Below are positions 1 through 11,200 of a DNA stretch of 64,000 nucleotides, piece by piece. The DNA comes from an uncultured Chloroflexia bacterium (GTDB lineage Bacteria; Chloroflexota; Anaerolineae; Anaerolineales; UBA4823), in the NCBI GenBank assembly GCA_963726315.1, contig CAVSBZ010000005.1, positions 1,666,829 to 1,730,828 of the forward strand, read 5' to 3'. The translations under genes were made by a program, and so were the position numbers. Each line of letters begins with the position of its first letter. The first letter of the stretch is position 1. The notes below the pieces were generated by a model. It searched no databases and had not been told where the DNA came from. It saw nothing but the letters and a program-made list of their open reading frames with translations.

Positions 1-835
1 CTCAGCTATCATTTTTGTGCTGCTGATTTTTTACTTTCTACTGCGAGAAGGATTACCTACCATCGGTCAGGTGTCAATCAGCAACCTAATATCCACTCGA
101 TGGTATCCAATTGAGGACTACTTTGGTTTATTACCGCTGCTTGGCGGATCATTAATTGTTACAGTTGGTGCGACGTTATTTGCGGTTCCGATCGGAATAT
201 GCACTGCGGTGTACATCGCAGAGGTATCCCCCCGTAAAACACGCGACATGTTGAAACCAATCGTCGAGGTGCTGGGTGGCATTCCTTCGGTTGTATTAGG
301 TTTCTTGGGGATCCTGATCCTGGCGCCTAATTTACGCCGATTATTGGATTTACCCACAGGTCTATCAGCGATAGCTGGCAGTATACTATTAAGTGCAGTT
401 GCTATCCCCACGATCGTTTCCATTTCTGAAGACGCACTCAATTCAGTCCCCAAGTCTTATCGAGATGCGGCGCTTGCATTAGGAGCGACTCAGTGGCAGA
501 CGATCTGGCGAGTTACTTTACCAGCGGCACGCAGTGGGGTGTTGACAGCAATTATGTTAGGAATTGGACGTGTCATTGGAGAAACAATGGCGGTGATGAT
601 GGTCACCGGAAATGCAGCTGTCATACCAACAAAATGGAATTCGTTTTTTATGCCTGTTAGGACGATGACGGCAACCATCGCGGCTGAAATGGGTGAAGTG
701 GCTAATAACAGTACACATTACCATGTTCTATTTTTTATCGGGTTGCTGTTATTCATAATTTCATTGGTGATCAACATTGCGGCCTCAACTGCAATGTTCC
801 GGCAACGCAAGCGCGCTGAACGGATCCTTTCTTAG
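1..835 (+). CDS. pstC: Phosphate ABC transporter permease PstC (5' partial, runs off window edge)
   Basis: The frame is open from nt 2, with no stop before the GTG at 17. Multi-TM permease with PstC-like segments (GGIPSVVLGFLG, ALGATQWQTIWRVTLP, GETMAV). Followed by pstA and pstB. Confidence 0.85.
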   Translation, partial: SAIIFVLLIFYFLLREGLPTIGQVSISNLISTRWYPIEDYFGLLPLLGGSLIVTVGATLFAVPIGICTAVYIAEVSPRKTRDMLKPIVEVLGGIPSVVLGFLGILILAPNLRRLLDLPTGLSAIAGSILLSAVAIPTIVSISEDALNSVPKSYRDAALALGATQWQTIWRVTLPAARSGVLTAIMLGIGRVIGETMAVMMVTGNAAVIPTKWNSFFMPVRTMTATIAAEMGEVANNSTHYHVLFFIGLLLFIISLVINIAASTAMFRQRKRAERILS

Positions 836-857
836 ATCACTTAATGAATAATCTAAT

Positions 858-1739
858 TTGGAGATGAATTTGTTTAAAAATCCGGCGTCTTCTGCAGCAA
901 GATTATTACAACAAAAGCTTGGATTTAGCTTTTTAACATTAATCACAGTAATCACGGTTGTCCCGATTATTGCGATCGTAATCTATATTTTTATCAAAGG
1001 AATTCCGGCAATCTCGTGGGAATTCCTGACTACTTTCCCGACTAACGGCGTAAAAGAAGGCGGAATTTACCCTGCCATCGTTGGTACTTTTTTACTCACC
1101 ATAGGGACTGCCATCTTCTCGGTTCCCTTAGGAATAGGAGCTGCAATATATCTGTCTGAATATGCTCCTGATAACAGATGGACCCGAACCATTCGCATAG
1201 CCATTATTAACCTTGCAGGAATACCTTCGGTGGTTTATGGGCTGTTTGGATTGGGGATGTTTGTAATCTTTCTCAAGTTTGGAACAAGCATCCTGGCGGG
1301 TTGTCTCACGCTATCAATTATGACCCTCCCGGTGATCATAAGCACTGCTGAGGAAGCATTACGCGCAGTACCACAATCATTCCGGGTAGTAAGTATTTCG
1401 GTGGGTGCTACCCGCTGGCAAACCATACGCAAGATCGTTTTGCCACAGTCGTTACCCGGTATTATGACCGGGGTGATTCTTGGATTAGAACGAGCAGCCG
1501 GAGAGACGGCTCCGATATTGTTTACTGCAGCGGCATTTTTTCTACCAAAATTACCGAGCTCGATATTTGACCCAACAATGGCTTTACCTTACCATTTGTA
1601 CGTCATATCCACGCAAGTCCCAGGGATGCCGATTGAGATCCAATACGGGACGGCACTGGTGCTGATTACATTTGTGTTAGGGATGAACCTTATCGCAACC
1701 GTCATACGTTCCAGAGCACGTGCGCATAGGCATTGGTAA
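858..1739 (+). CDS. pstA: Phosphate ABC transporter permease PstA
   Basis: 293-aa multi-TM ORF with PstA-like motifs (GIPSVVYGLFG, VGATRWQTIRKIVLPQSLPGIMTG, GETAPIL). The start codon is uncertain: TTG at 858 or ATG at 864. Confidence 0.85.
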   Translation: MEMNLFKNPASSAARLLQQKLGFSFLTLITVITVVPIIAIVIYIFIKGIPAISWEFLTTFPTNGVKEGGIYPAIVGTFLLTIGTAIFSVPLGIGAAIYLSEYAPDNRWTRTIRIAIINLAGIPSVVYGLFGLGMFVIFLKFGTSILAGCLTLSIMTLPVIISTAEEALRAVPQSFRVVSISVGATRWQTIRKIVLPQSLPGIMTGVILGLERAAGETAPILFTAAAFFLPKLPSSIFDPTMALPYHLYVISTQVPGMPIEIQYGTALVLITFVLGMNLIATVIRSRARAHRHW

Positions 1740-1748
1740 TATAGCGGT

Positions 1749-2504
1749 ATGTATAAAATAAAAATTGAGCATTTAAGCCTGAGATATTCGGATGACAAGG
1801 AATCCTTGCGTGATATTAATCTGGAAATACCGGCTAACGCAATTTCTGTTTTGTTTGGCCCATCGGGTGGAGGAAAGTCATCTTTATTGCGTGTATTTAA
1901 CCGATTGAACGACCTGGCAGACGTTAAATCGATCTCGGGGAAAGTACTCCTGGATGATATGGATATCCTGGATCCAAAGACGAATGTAATCGAATTAAGG
2001 CGGCGGGTAGGAATGGTATTTGCTCAACCAGTAGTTTTACCCATGACAATACGTGGAAATCTGACCTATGGCCTTGAATTGGCAGGTGAAAAACACGAAG
2101 CAAAATTGAAGCAAGCCATAGAAAGAAGCCTGGTTCAAGCAGCTCTTTGGGAAGAGGTGAAAGATAGGCTGGATGAGCCGGCAGTGTCGTTATCAGGCGG
2201 TCAGCAACAACGCTTATGCCTCGCCCGCAGTCTGGTATTAATGCCTGAAATTATCCTGCTGGATGAACCAACTTCCGGTTTAGACCCGATTTCCACGGGA
2301 AAGGTAGAGGCATCACTACAGGAGCTCAAAAAAGAGTATACAATCATATTGGTCCCTCATTCGGTACAGCAAGCTGCCCGAGTTGCTGACTTTGCAGCGT
2401 TTTTCTTGCAAGGTGAGCTGATCGAACAAGGACCTGGGGAAGAATTATTTGTCAACCCGAAAGATAAACGGACGGAAGATTACATTATGGGAAGATTTGG
2501 ATAA
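1749..2504 (+). CDS. pstB: Phosphate ABC transporter ATP-binding protein PstB
   Basis: Walker A GPSGGGKSS, ABC signature LSGGQQQRLCLARSL, Walker B ILLDEPTSGLD. PstB-typical C-terminus (TEDYIMGRFG). Confidence 0.9.
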   Translation: MYKIKIEHLSLRYSDDKESLRDINLEIPANAISVLFGPSGGGKSSLLRVFNRLNDLADVKSISGKVLLDDMDILDPKTNVIELRRRVGMVFAQPVVLPMTIRGNLTYGLELAGEKHEAKLKQAIERSLVQAALWEEVKDRLDEPAVSLSGGQQQRLCLARSLVLMPEIILLDEPTSGLDPISTGKVEASLQELKKEYTIILVPHSVQQAARVADFAAFFLQGELIEQGPGEELFVNPKDKRTEDYIMGRFG

Positions 2505-2536
2505 ACCAGGTAATTTAGTAATTAATCAGGTGTAAA

Positions 2537-4657
2537 TTGGATAAGAATGTAGAAAAAACTGCTGAAACTGATATTACTACCGATATCGAAACATCCAGAT
2601 TGTTTATTAACCGCGAGCTGAGCGCCCTTCAATTCCAACACCGGGTACTCGAAGAAGCGATGGACGAAACCAATCCGCTGCTAGAAAGGGTGAAATTCCT
2701 CGCCATCGTCGGCTCGAACCTGGATGAATTTTTCATGGTAAGAGTAGCCGGTTTAAAGAAACAAGTGGATGCTGGAGTGGTCGACCTTCCGCCAGATGGC
2801 TTAAACCCAGCAGAACAGCTTGCAGAAATCAGAAAAGTTGCTTCAAGTATGATGAAGGAAGCAGCAGAATACTTCAGGAATAACTTGATCCCAAAATTGA
2901 AAGATGCAGGGATATTCATTCTTGATTATAAAGAGCTGAATAAGCAACAAAAAGAGAATGTAGAAAATTATTATCGTGATGTGATCTTCCCTGTTTTAAC
3001 TCCTCTGGCGTTTGACCCTGGTCATCCATTCCCACATATATCCAATTTATCCCTAAACCTGGCGGTTTTACTAAAGGATAAAAAAGGGGTTAATCACTTC
3101 GCTCGAATAAAAGTACCCAATACGCTGCCTCGCCTTGTGCCAATTAAACGCTCATCAGGAGGAGTTCGTAAGGATGGTACAGTTCCATATAATCATTATT
3201 TCGTCTGGCTTGAGCAGGTAATCGCATCCAACCTGGCATCGTTATTCCCGGGAATGGAAGTGGTCGAGTCGTATCCTTTCCGCATTATTCGCGATGCTGA
3301 TATGACAATCCAGGAACTTGAAGCGGACGATTTACTGGAAACAATTGAGCAAACCGTCAGGCAGCGCAGGTTTGGGTCTGTGGTCTTGATCACGATTAAC
3401 GAAACCATGTCAGGAAAGATCCAGGAAATCCTGATGGAAAACCTGGAAATCGATCGAAACGAAATATATACCATCGATGGTCCGATGGGTTATAGTGACT
3501 TATGGGCTTTACTCAGCATTGACCGGTTCGACTTAAAGGACCAGCCTTTTAAACCTGGAATACCGCGCAAGCTAAGGGAAATCGATGATGGAAATATATT
3601 TACTGCGATCCAGGAGGGAGATATCCTGCTGCACCATCCATATGATTCATTTTTACCGGTGATTCAATTCCTGAAGACTGCAGCTACTGACCCGGATGTT
3701 CTGGCGATCAAAATGACCCTTTATCGGGTGGGAAACAAACCACCTGTTGTGGATGCACTGCTCGAAGCCGCTGAAAATGGGAAACAAGTGGCAGTTTTGG
3801 TGGAATTAAAAGCTCGTTTTGATGAAGAAAGCAATATTGGATGGGCAAGGACACTTGAAAAAGAGGGTGTTCACGTGGTATATGGTTTACTTGGTTTAAA
3901 GACCCATTCAAAAATCGCCATGGTGATTCGTAAAGAGGGGGATGGCATTACACGTTATCTTCACATGGCGACTGGAAATTATAATGCTATCACTGCTCAA
4001 GTCTACGAGGATATTGGGATGTTCACCTGTGATCCAGATATGGGTGCAGATGCTACGGATTTATTTAATTACCTTACCGGATATTCTTCCAAGAATGAAT
4101 ATCTAAAACTATTAGTTGCACCTATCAACCTGCGTAGTCGGATGGAGACACTGATCCGCAGGGAAATTGATATACAAAAGGGTGGTGGTGAGGGTCATCT
4201 CATATTTAAAATAAATTCGCTGGTAGATAAAAAAATGATCCAGCTGCTATATACAGCTTCACAGGCAGGAGTAAAAGTTGACCTTTTTGTTAGGGGCATC
4301 TGCTGCTTGAAGGCTGGTATTCCAGGAGTAAGTGAGAATATTCAAGTCACCAGCATCGTGGGTAGATTTTTGGAACACAGCCGTATATATTACTTTAAAA
4401 ATAGTGGTAATGAAGAAATTCTTTTGGGTAGCGCTGACTTAATGCCGAGAAATATTGATCGCCGGGTGGAAGTGTTGTTCCCGGTACTGGATAAGCAGAT
4501 GATCGTGAACATCAGGGATGATATATTGAAATATTACCAAAAAGATAATACTAAAGCGCGTAGGATGCTGCCGGATGGATCTTATTCCAGAATAAAACCA
4601 CAAAAGAATGATGAACCTCTCAGTATCCAAAACTGGTTTATTGCGTCCCGCCGGTAA
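2537..4657 (+). CDS. ppk: Polyphosphate kinase 1
   Basis: 706 aa. PPK1 N-terminus (RLFINRELSALQFQHRVLEEA), the KTHSKIAMVIR autophosphorylation-region motif, and a C-terminal PLD-like FLEHSRIYYF. TTG start with AGGTG 5 nt upstream. Confidence 0.9.
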   Translation: MDKNVEKTAETDITTDIETSRLFINRELSALQFQHRVLEEAMDETNPLLERVKFLAIVGSNLDEFFMVRVAGLKKQVDAGVVDLPPDGLNPAEQLAEIRKVASSMMKEAAEYFRNNLIPKLKDAGIFILDYKELNKQQKENVENYYRDVIFPVLTPLAFDPGHPFPHISNLSLNLAVLLKDKKGVNHFARIKVPNTLPRLVPIKRSSGGVRKDGTVPYNHYFVWLEQVIASNLASLFPGMEVVESYPFRIIRDADMTIQELEADDLLETIEQTVRQRRFGSVVLITINETMSGKIQEILMENLEIDRNEIYTIDGPMGYSDLWALLSIDRFDLKDQPFKPGIPRKLREIDDGNIFTAIQEGDILLHHPYDSFLPVIQFLKTAATDPDVLAIKMTLYRVGNKPPVVDALLEAAENGKQVAVLVELKARFDEESNIGWARTLEKEGVHVVYGLLGLKTHSKIAMVIRKEGDGITRYLHMATGNYNAITAQVYEDIGMFTCDPDMGADATDLFNYLTGYSSKNEYLKLLVAPINLRSRMETLIRREIDIQKGGGEGHLIFKINSLVDKKMIQLLYTASQAGVKVDLFVRGICCLKAGIPGVSENIQVTSIVGRFLEHSRIYYFKNSGNEEILLGSADLMPRNIDRRVEVLFPVLDKQMIVNIRDDILKYYQKDNTKARRMLPDGSYSRIKPQKNDEPLSIQNWFIASRR

Positions 4658-5486
4658 AGAAAGCTGCCGCTAAAATTCCTGGACCGCCATGAGTTACGAT
4701 GGCAGGGGGTACATCCAGGATGGGCACATCGGGAAGATCAAACTCAATACATAAGGTATTGGCAAAATCACGGGCCAGGTCAGGCACTGCGGCGTGCATC
4801 ACAGATATATAGGCTTCACCGTTCCTGGGTGCCTGTGTTTTTACGAGCTCAAATAATCGATTAATTGCCCGTTTTTGTGTCCTTTCTTTTTCAAATTGGT
4901 CTACTCGACCATCAACCATCGCCAGTATTGGCTTAATTTTTAGTACCGAGCCTAAAAGGGCTGCGGCACCACCTATCCTGCCCCCCTTAGCTAAATACTC
5001 GAGCGTATCCACCAGGAAATAAAGCCTGCTATGAAGAATCATTTGATTGATCTTTTTTTCAACTAGCTCTGCGTCCTCTCCTTCGGACGCCCACCTTGCT
5101 GCCATCTCTACCAGCGTGGCCAACGGGCTGCCGACTGTACGGGTATCGATAACCCGAATATCTGCGGATGGAAATTCCTGGGCAGCTGTGAGAGCTGACC
5201 TGACTGTTCCACTCACTTCAGCAGATGGATGTATGCATAATATCGTACCGCCCAACGGAACAAGTGTTTTGAATTGCTGTACGAATAGCTCGGGTGGAGG
5301 GGCAGCAGTTTTAGGGAGCTCCTTGGAGGCGACCAGCATTTGCATAAATTTAGCATTATCAATATCTATGCCTTCGTAAAATGATTGATTACCGAAATTA
5401 ATAATTTGAGGAATAACAGGAATATGATACTTTCTGACGATTTCTTGCGGAAGACCTGAGGTCGTGTCGGTGATGATGTGGATCAT
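4638..5486 (-). CDS. DegV family fatty-acid-binding protein
   Basis: 282 aa. DegV-like N-terminus (IHIITDTTSGLP) and a GGRIGGAAALLGSVLKIKPIL motif. Confidence 0.85.
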   Translation of the reverse strand: MIHIITDTTSGLPQEIVRKYHIPVIPQIINFGNQSFYEGIDIDNAKFMQMLVASKELPKTAAPPPELFVQQFKTLVPLGGTILCIHPSAEVSGTVRSALTAAQEFPSADIRVIDTRTVGSPLATLVEMAARWASEGEDAELVEKKINQMILHSRLYFLVDTLEYLAKGGRIGGAAALLGSVLKIKPILAMVDGRVDQFEKERTQKRAINRLFELVKTQAPRNGEAYISVMHAAVPDLARDFANTLCIEFDLPDVPILDVPPAIVTHGGPGILAAAFFTGGTQ

Positions 5487-5628
5487 GGTATATTTTCCCT
5501 CTCATATATTATGCTTTGAATGTAAAATATATCTTACCACACGTGCCAATCGTGAATAACTAGACAAGAATGCTTCTTTCAGGTATCATTTGACCGCTTT
5601 TATCCTTGAAAGCTGAGGTTCCCCTCTG

Positions 5629-6699
5629 ATGGATTTTACATTAAATTTATTAAAAGAGCTCACAGAAACGCCTGGAATATCCGGGTATGAAACTCCAATC
5701 CGATCTGTAGTAAGGAAGTACCTGGAAAGTTATGGGGAATTGACCCAGGATAAGATTGGAAGTGTGATATGTCGGAAGACTGGCAGCTCAGATAAGCCAC
5801 GGGTTATGCTCGCTGGTCACATGGACGAGATCGGATTCATGGTCAAGCAGATCACGCCTGAGGGATTTATAAAATTTATTCCGCTGGGTGGATGGTTTGA
5901 TCAGGTCTTATTAGGTCAACGTGTCGTCATTCAAACCGGTAAAGGAGATGTAGTAGGTGTTATCGGAGCGAAACCACCCCATTTGTTACCTGCGGAAGAA
6001 CGCGAAAAGGTCGTAAAACGCAAGGATATGTACATCGACATTGGCGCCCTGAGTAAAGAGGATGTGGATGCTGCTGGGGTGTTACTGGGTGATCCGATTA
6101 TTCCGCGGGCCGATTTCATTGAGCTGGCGGGTGGAAAAACATACCTCTCTAAAGCTTTTGACGACCGTGTTGGAGTTGCCTTGGTGGTGTCAGTATTAAA
6201 GGAACTCCAAGGTAAGAAACACCCTAATACCGTTTATGGCGTTTCGACTGTTATGGAAGAGGTTGGGTTACGGGGTGCCACAACAAGTGTCCGTGCTGTC
6301 GATCCGGATGTGGCTATTATCCTGGAATCAGATATCGCAGGTGACGTCCCGGGGATAAAACCCGAGGATTCGGCGATAAAATTATCCAAAGGACCTACTG
6401 TGGTTTTGTTTGACGCTCGAATGATCCCCAATATTCGTTTTAGAGATTTGGTCCTCGATACTGCAAAGCAAATCGGTGTGCCAGTTCAATTATCAGCAAT
6501 CGAGGGTGGAGCAACGGATGGCGGAGTAATCCATTTGCACGGCACGGGTGTACCAACCATCGTGATCGGAGTTGCGGCACGCCATATCCACTCTCACAGC
6601 TCGATTATCCATCGAGATGATTATGACAACGCAGTTAAATTATTAACTGCTCTGGTTGAAAGGTTGGATTCCACTTCTACAGCTGCCTTGACTGAGTAA
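5629..6699 (+). CDS. M42 family metallopeptidase (glutamyl aminopeptidase/FrvX-like)
   Basis: 356 aa. Motifs [26 protein letters not shown] and a C-terminal ARHIHS. Confidence 0.85.
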   Translation: MDFTLNLLKELTETPGISGYETPIRSVVRKYLESYGELTQDKIGSVICRKTGSSDKPRVMLAGHMDEIGFMVKQITPEGFIKFIPLGGWFDQVLLGQRVVIQTGKGDVVGVIGAKPPHLLPAEEREKVVKRKDMYIDIGALSKEDVDAAGVLLGDPIIPRADFIELAGGKTYLSKAFDDRVGVALVVSVLKELQGKKHPNTVYGVSTVMEEVGLRGATTSVRAVDPDVAIILESDIAGDVPGIKPEDSAIKLSKGPTVVLFDARMIPNIRFRDLVLDTAKQIGVPVQLSAIEGGATDGGVIHLHGTGVPTIVIGVAARHIHSHSSIIHRDDYDNAVKLLTALVERLDSTSTAALTE

Positions 6700-6718
6700 T
6701 AGCACAGTCGGAGGAATT

Positions 6719-8380
6719 ATGACAGATTTAATCAAGCAAATTACGACAGATTTACATAAGCAAATTGAGTCTTATCACCCCGAGATGGGATTGAGTGATG
6801 TTGGTAATGTCATCGAAGCTGGAGATGGCATTGCACGAGTACGAGGCTTGGCAGATGTCAAATCTCAGGAGCTGGTTCAATTTGCGAATGGTGTGATTGG
6901 AATTGCCTTCAACCTGGAAAAGGACGATGTTGGCGTCATCATTATGGGGGAATACTCTGAGATTGCGGAGGGTATGTTAGTTAGAGCCACCGGCAGAATT
7001 GCTTCCGTACCAGTAGGTGATGGGATGGTGGGGAGAGTGGTGAACGCGTTGGGTATTCCCATCGATGGAAAAGGTCCGATCAAAACGAACAACTACAGAC
7101 CGATCGAACGTATTGCCCCTGGGGTGGTTGAGCGGAAGGACGTCGACACACCAGTCCAAACCGGACTCAAAGCGATTGACTCAATGATCCCTCTGGGACG
7201 CGGTCAGCGAGAGCTTATCATTGGTGACCGGCAAACCGGTAAAACTGCCCTGGCGTTGGATACGATCATTAACCAGAAAGGCAAGGATTTGTATTGTATT
7301 TATGTAGCGATTGGGCAGAAGAAAGCTGCAATTGCCCGGACGGTCGCTACTCTGGAACGTTATGGTGCCATGGACTATACGACCGTGGTTGTAGCTGCAG
7401 CTGATGAACCAGCTGCGTTGCAATATATTGCTCCCTATTCAGGCTGTGCCATTGGTGAGGAGTTTATGGAGACTGGACGGGATGCTCTGTGCGTGTATGA
7501 TGACCTTTCAAAGCATGCCTGGGCTTACCGGCAGGTATCCTTGCTGTTACGCCGTCCCCCTGGACGTGAAGCTTATCCTGGCGATGTGTTCTACCTGCAT
7601 TCGAGACTTTTGGAACGGGCTGCCCGATTAGCTGATAAATATGTTATCGTAAAGAAAAATCACCCGGAATCATATGCAGAAGGCGCAGATATCAAAGAAG
7701 GGATGATTTTCGGTGGACCATTGGCTCGGCATAACATCGCTGAAGCCATCAAGAAGATGGAAAATCCAGACGAGTATAAAGCCGCCAAATTAAAAGGCAC
7801 CGGTGGTTCTTTAACGGCATTGCCCATCATTGAAACACTGCTCGGGGATGTATCAGCTTATATCCCAACCAACGTCATTTCGATCACCGATGGACAAATC
7901 TATTTGGAAGGCAACTTATTTTATGCAGGTATCCGCCCTGCGGTGAATGTAGGACTTTCGGTATCCAGGGTGGGCGGGGATGCTCAAACGAAGGCATTCA
8001 GGCAGGTAGCCGGGCGTTTACGCCTGGATATGGCAGCTTTCCGTGAGCTGGCAGCTTTTGCACAATTTGGTTCGGATTTGGATAAAGCGACACAAGCCCA
8101 ACTCAACCGTGGACAACACTTGCAGGAAATATTAAAACAACCCCAATACCAACCCCTATCATTAGAGAGCCAGGTGATTGAGATCTTTGCAGGGACTCGT
8201 GGTTATGCTGATAATGTGACACTCGACGATATGCGACGGTGGGAGATTTCATTGATCCGACATATGGAGAGTTCACACCCAGAAATAGGTAGATCTATTG
8301 TCGAAGAAAAAAGAATTACACCTGAAACAGAAGAAACGCTTGTCGAAGCGTTGACCGCTTATATGTCCACCTGGCAGTAA
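6719..8380 (+). CDS. atpA: F1 ATP synthase alpha subunit (with an internal insertion of about 55 aa)
   Basis: P-loop GDRQTGKT; [42 protein letters not shown]; [20 protein letters not shown] before the ATG. At 553 aa it is longer than typical alpha subunits. Confidence 0.95.
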   Translation: MTDLIKQITTDLHKQIESYHPEMGLSDVGNVIEAGDGIARVRGLADVKSQELVQFANGVIGIAFNLEKDDVGVIIMGEYSEIAEGMLVRATGRIASVPVGDGMVGRVVNALGIPIDGKGPIKTNNYRPIERIAPGVVERKDVDTPVQTGLKAIDSMIPLGRGQRELIIGDRQTGKTALALDTIINQKGKDLYCIYVAIGQKKAAIARTVATLERYGAMDYTTVVVAAADEPAALQYIAPYSGCAIGEEFMETGRDALCVYDDLSKHAWAYRQVSLLLRRPPGREAYPGDVFYLHSRLLERAARLADKYVIVKKNHPESYAEGADIKEGMIFGGPLARHNIAEAIKKMENPDEYKAAKLKGTGGSLTALPIIETLLGDVSAYIPTNVISITDGQIYLEGNLFYAGIRPAVNVGLSVSRVGGDAQTKAFRQVAGRLRLDMAAFRELAAFAQFGSDLDKATQAQLNRGQHLQEILKQPQYQPLSLESQVIEIFAGTRGYADNVTLDDMRRWEISLIRHMESSHPEIGRSIVEEKRITPETEETLVEALTAYMSTWQ

Positions 8381-8401
8381 ACCCTGACCTGATAACGAAT
8401 T

Positions 8402-9292
8402 ATGCCAAATACCAGGGAAGTCCGTCTCCGAATAAGAAGTGTAAAGAATATTGCCCAGGTTACCCGGGCACTGCAAGCGGTTAGTGCCAGTAACGTTCGG
8501 AAAGCGATGGCTGCAATGATGCGCACCCGACCCTATGCTACTAAGGCGTGGCAGGTACTGACGCATATTGCCGGACAGCCGGGTAGAGCGTCCTTGCACC
8601 CGTTATTAACTTCGCGCGATGAAGACCGCAATGAGCTAGTGGTGCTTATTGCCGGAGATCGTGGGTTGGCTGGCGCATATAACTCAAATATTGTCCGTTT
8701 TACTTTACAAAAATTCGGTTCCAGGGATATTCCCGTTAATTACATATCGGTTGGGCGCAAGGGTCGCGATATGCTGATTCGCCGGAGGAAGAATGTGATC
8801 GCGGAGTTCAGCCATTTACCCGCTGCGCCATCCTTCAGTGATGTATCAGCAATTGGTCGCCTGGCTGTGGATGAGTTCCTGGACGGAAAAGCCGACCGGG
8901 TTTATCTCGTTTATACTGATTTTATCAATATGGTCAGACAAGTGCCTACCATCAAACAACTGCTCCCTCTGGAAATTGGTCTCGGAGAGGGAAGAGTGGT
9001 AGATTTTGAACAAACGAAAAAAGCCACTGCGGCATACATCTATGAGCCCAATGAAGAAGAAATATTAGATGAAATCGTGCCACGGTTTACTGCTCTTCAG
9101 GTTTATCAGGCAATTATGGAATCATTGGCGAGTGAACATGCTGCTCGTATGGTAGCGATGAAAAATGCAACCGATAGTGCTACAGAACTTGCCAGCGCAT
9201 TGCAATTAGAATATAACAAAGCTCGACAACAAGGTATTACCGGAGAAATTCTGGATATCGTTGGGGGTGTCGAGGCTCTGGCAACGAAATGA
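8402..9292 (+). CDS. atpG: F1 ATP synthase gamma subunit
   Basis: 296 aa. N-terminal REVRLRIRSVKNIAQVTRALQAVSA and C-terminal ITGEILDIVGG, both gamma hallmarks. Lies between atpA and atpD. Confidence 0.9.
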   Translation: MPNTREVRLRIRSVKNIAQVTRALQAVSASNVRKAMAAMMRTRPYATKAWQVLTHIAGQPGRASLHPLLTSRDEDRNELVVLIAGDRGLAGAYNSNIVRFTLQKFGSRDIPVNYISVGRKGRDMLIRRRKNVIAEFSHLPAAPSFSDVSAIGRLAVDEFLDGKADRVYLVYTDFINMVRQVPTIKQLLPLEIGLGEGRVVDFEQTKKATAAYIYEPNEEEILDEIVPRFTALQVYQAIMESLASEHAARMVAMKNATDSATELASALQLEYNKARQQGITGEILDIVGGVEALATK

Positions 9293-10723
<1,431 letters not shown>

Positions 10724-10745
10724 AGATTGTAAATCGAAATATACT

Positions 10746-11198
10746 ATGTCTATCCGGTGTGAAATCGTTTCTCAAGACCGCAGCGTGTATTCAGGTGAAG
10801 CCGATATGGTGATTGTACCTGGAGTACAGGGAGAAATGGGTATTTTGCCCAACCATGCACCATTATTGTCCACGCTTAAATTCGGAATATTGCGGGTGCG
10901 GTATAAAGGACAGGAACAAATATTCACCGTTGCAGGTGGGGTGATCGAAGTCCAACCCGACCTGATCACCGTCATGGCAGATGCAGCAGAAAATGTCCAG
11001 GAAATTGACACCAGCCGAGCAGAAGCAGCGAAAAGGCGAGCAGAGGAATACCTTAAGCAAGGACCTCCACCGGATAGTGATGCTTATCTTAAAATTGAAT
11101 CAGCACTTCGCCGGTCGAATCTTCGTCTGGAAGCAGTCAAACGCTACCGCGGTCAACGAACCAGGTTATATAGGACAGATGAGGAACATCCGAAGTAA
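10746..11198 (+). CDS. atpC: F1 ATP synthase epsilon subunit
   Basis: Epsilon-type N-terminus (IVSQDRSVYSGEADMVIVPGVQGEMGILPNHAPLLS). I chose the ATG at 10746 over the GTG at 10716 by fit to the family N-terminus. No clear SD for either start. Confidence 0.8.
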   Translation: MSIRCEIVSQDRSVYSGEADMVIVPGVQGEMGILPNHAPLLSTLKFGILRVRYKGQEQIFTVAGGVIEVQPDLITVMADAAENVQEIDTSRAEAAKRRAEEYLKQGPPPDSDAYLKIESALRRSNLRLEAVKRYRGQRTRLYRTDEEHPK

Positions 11199-11200
11199 AA

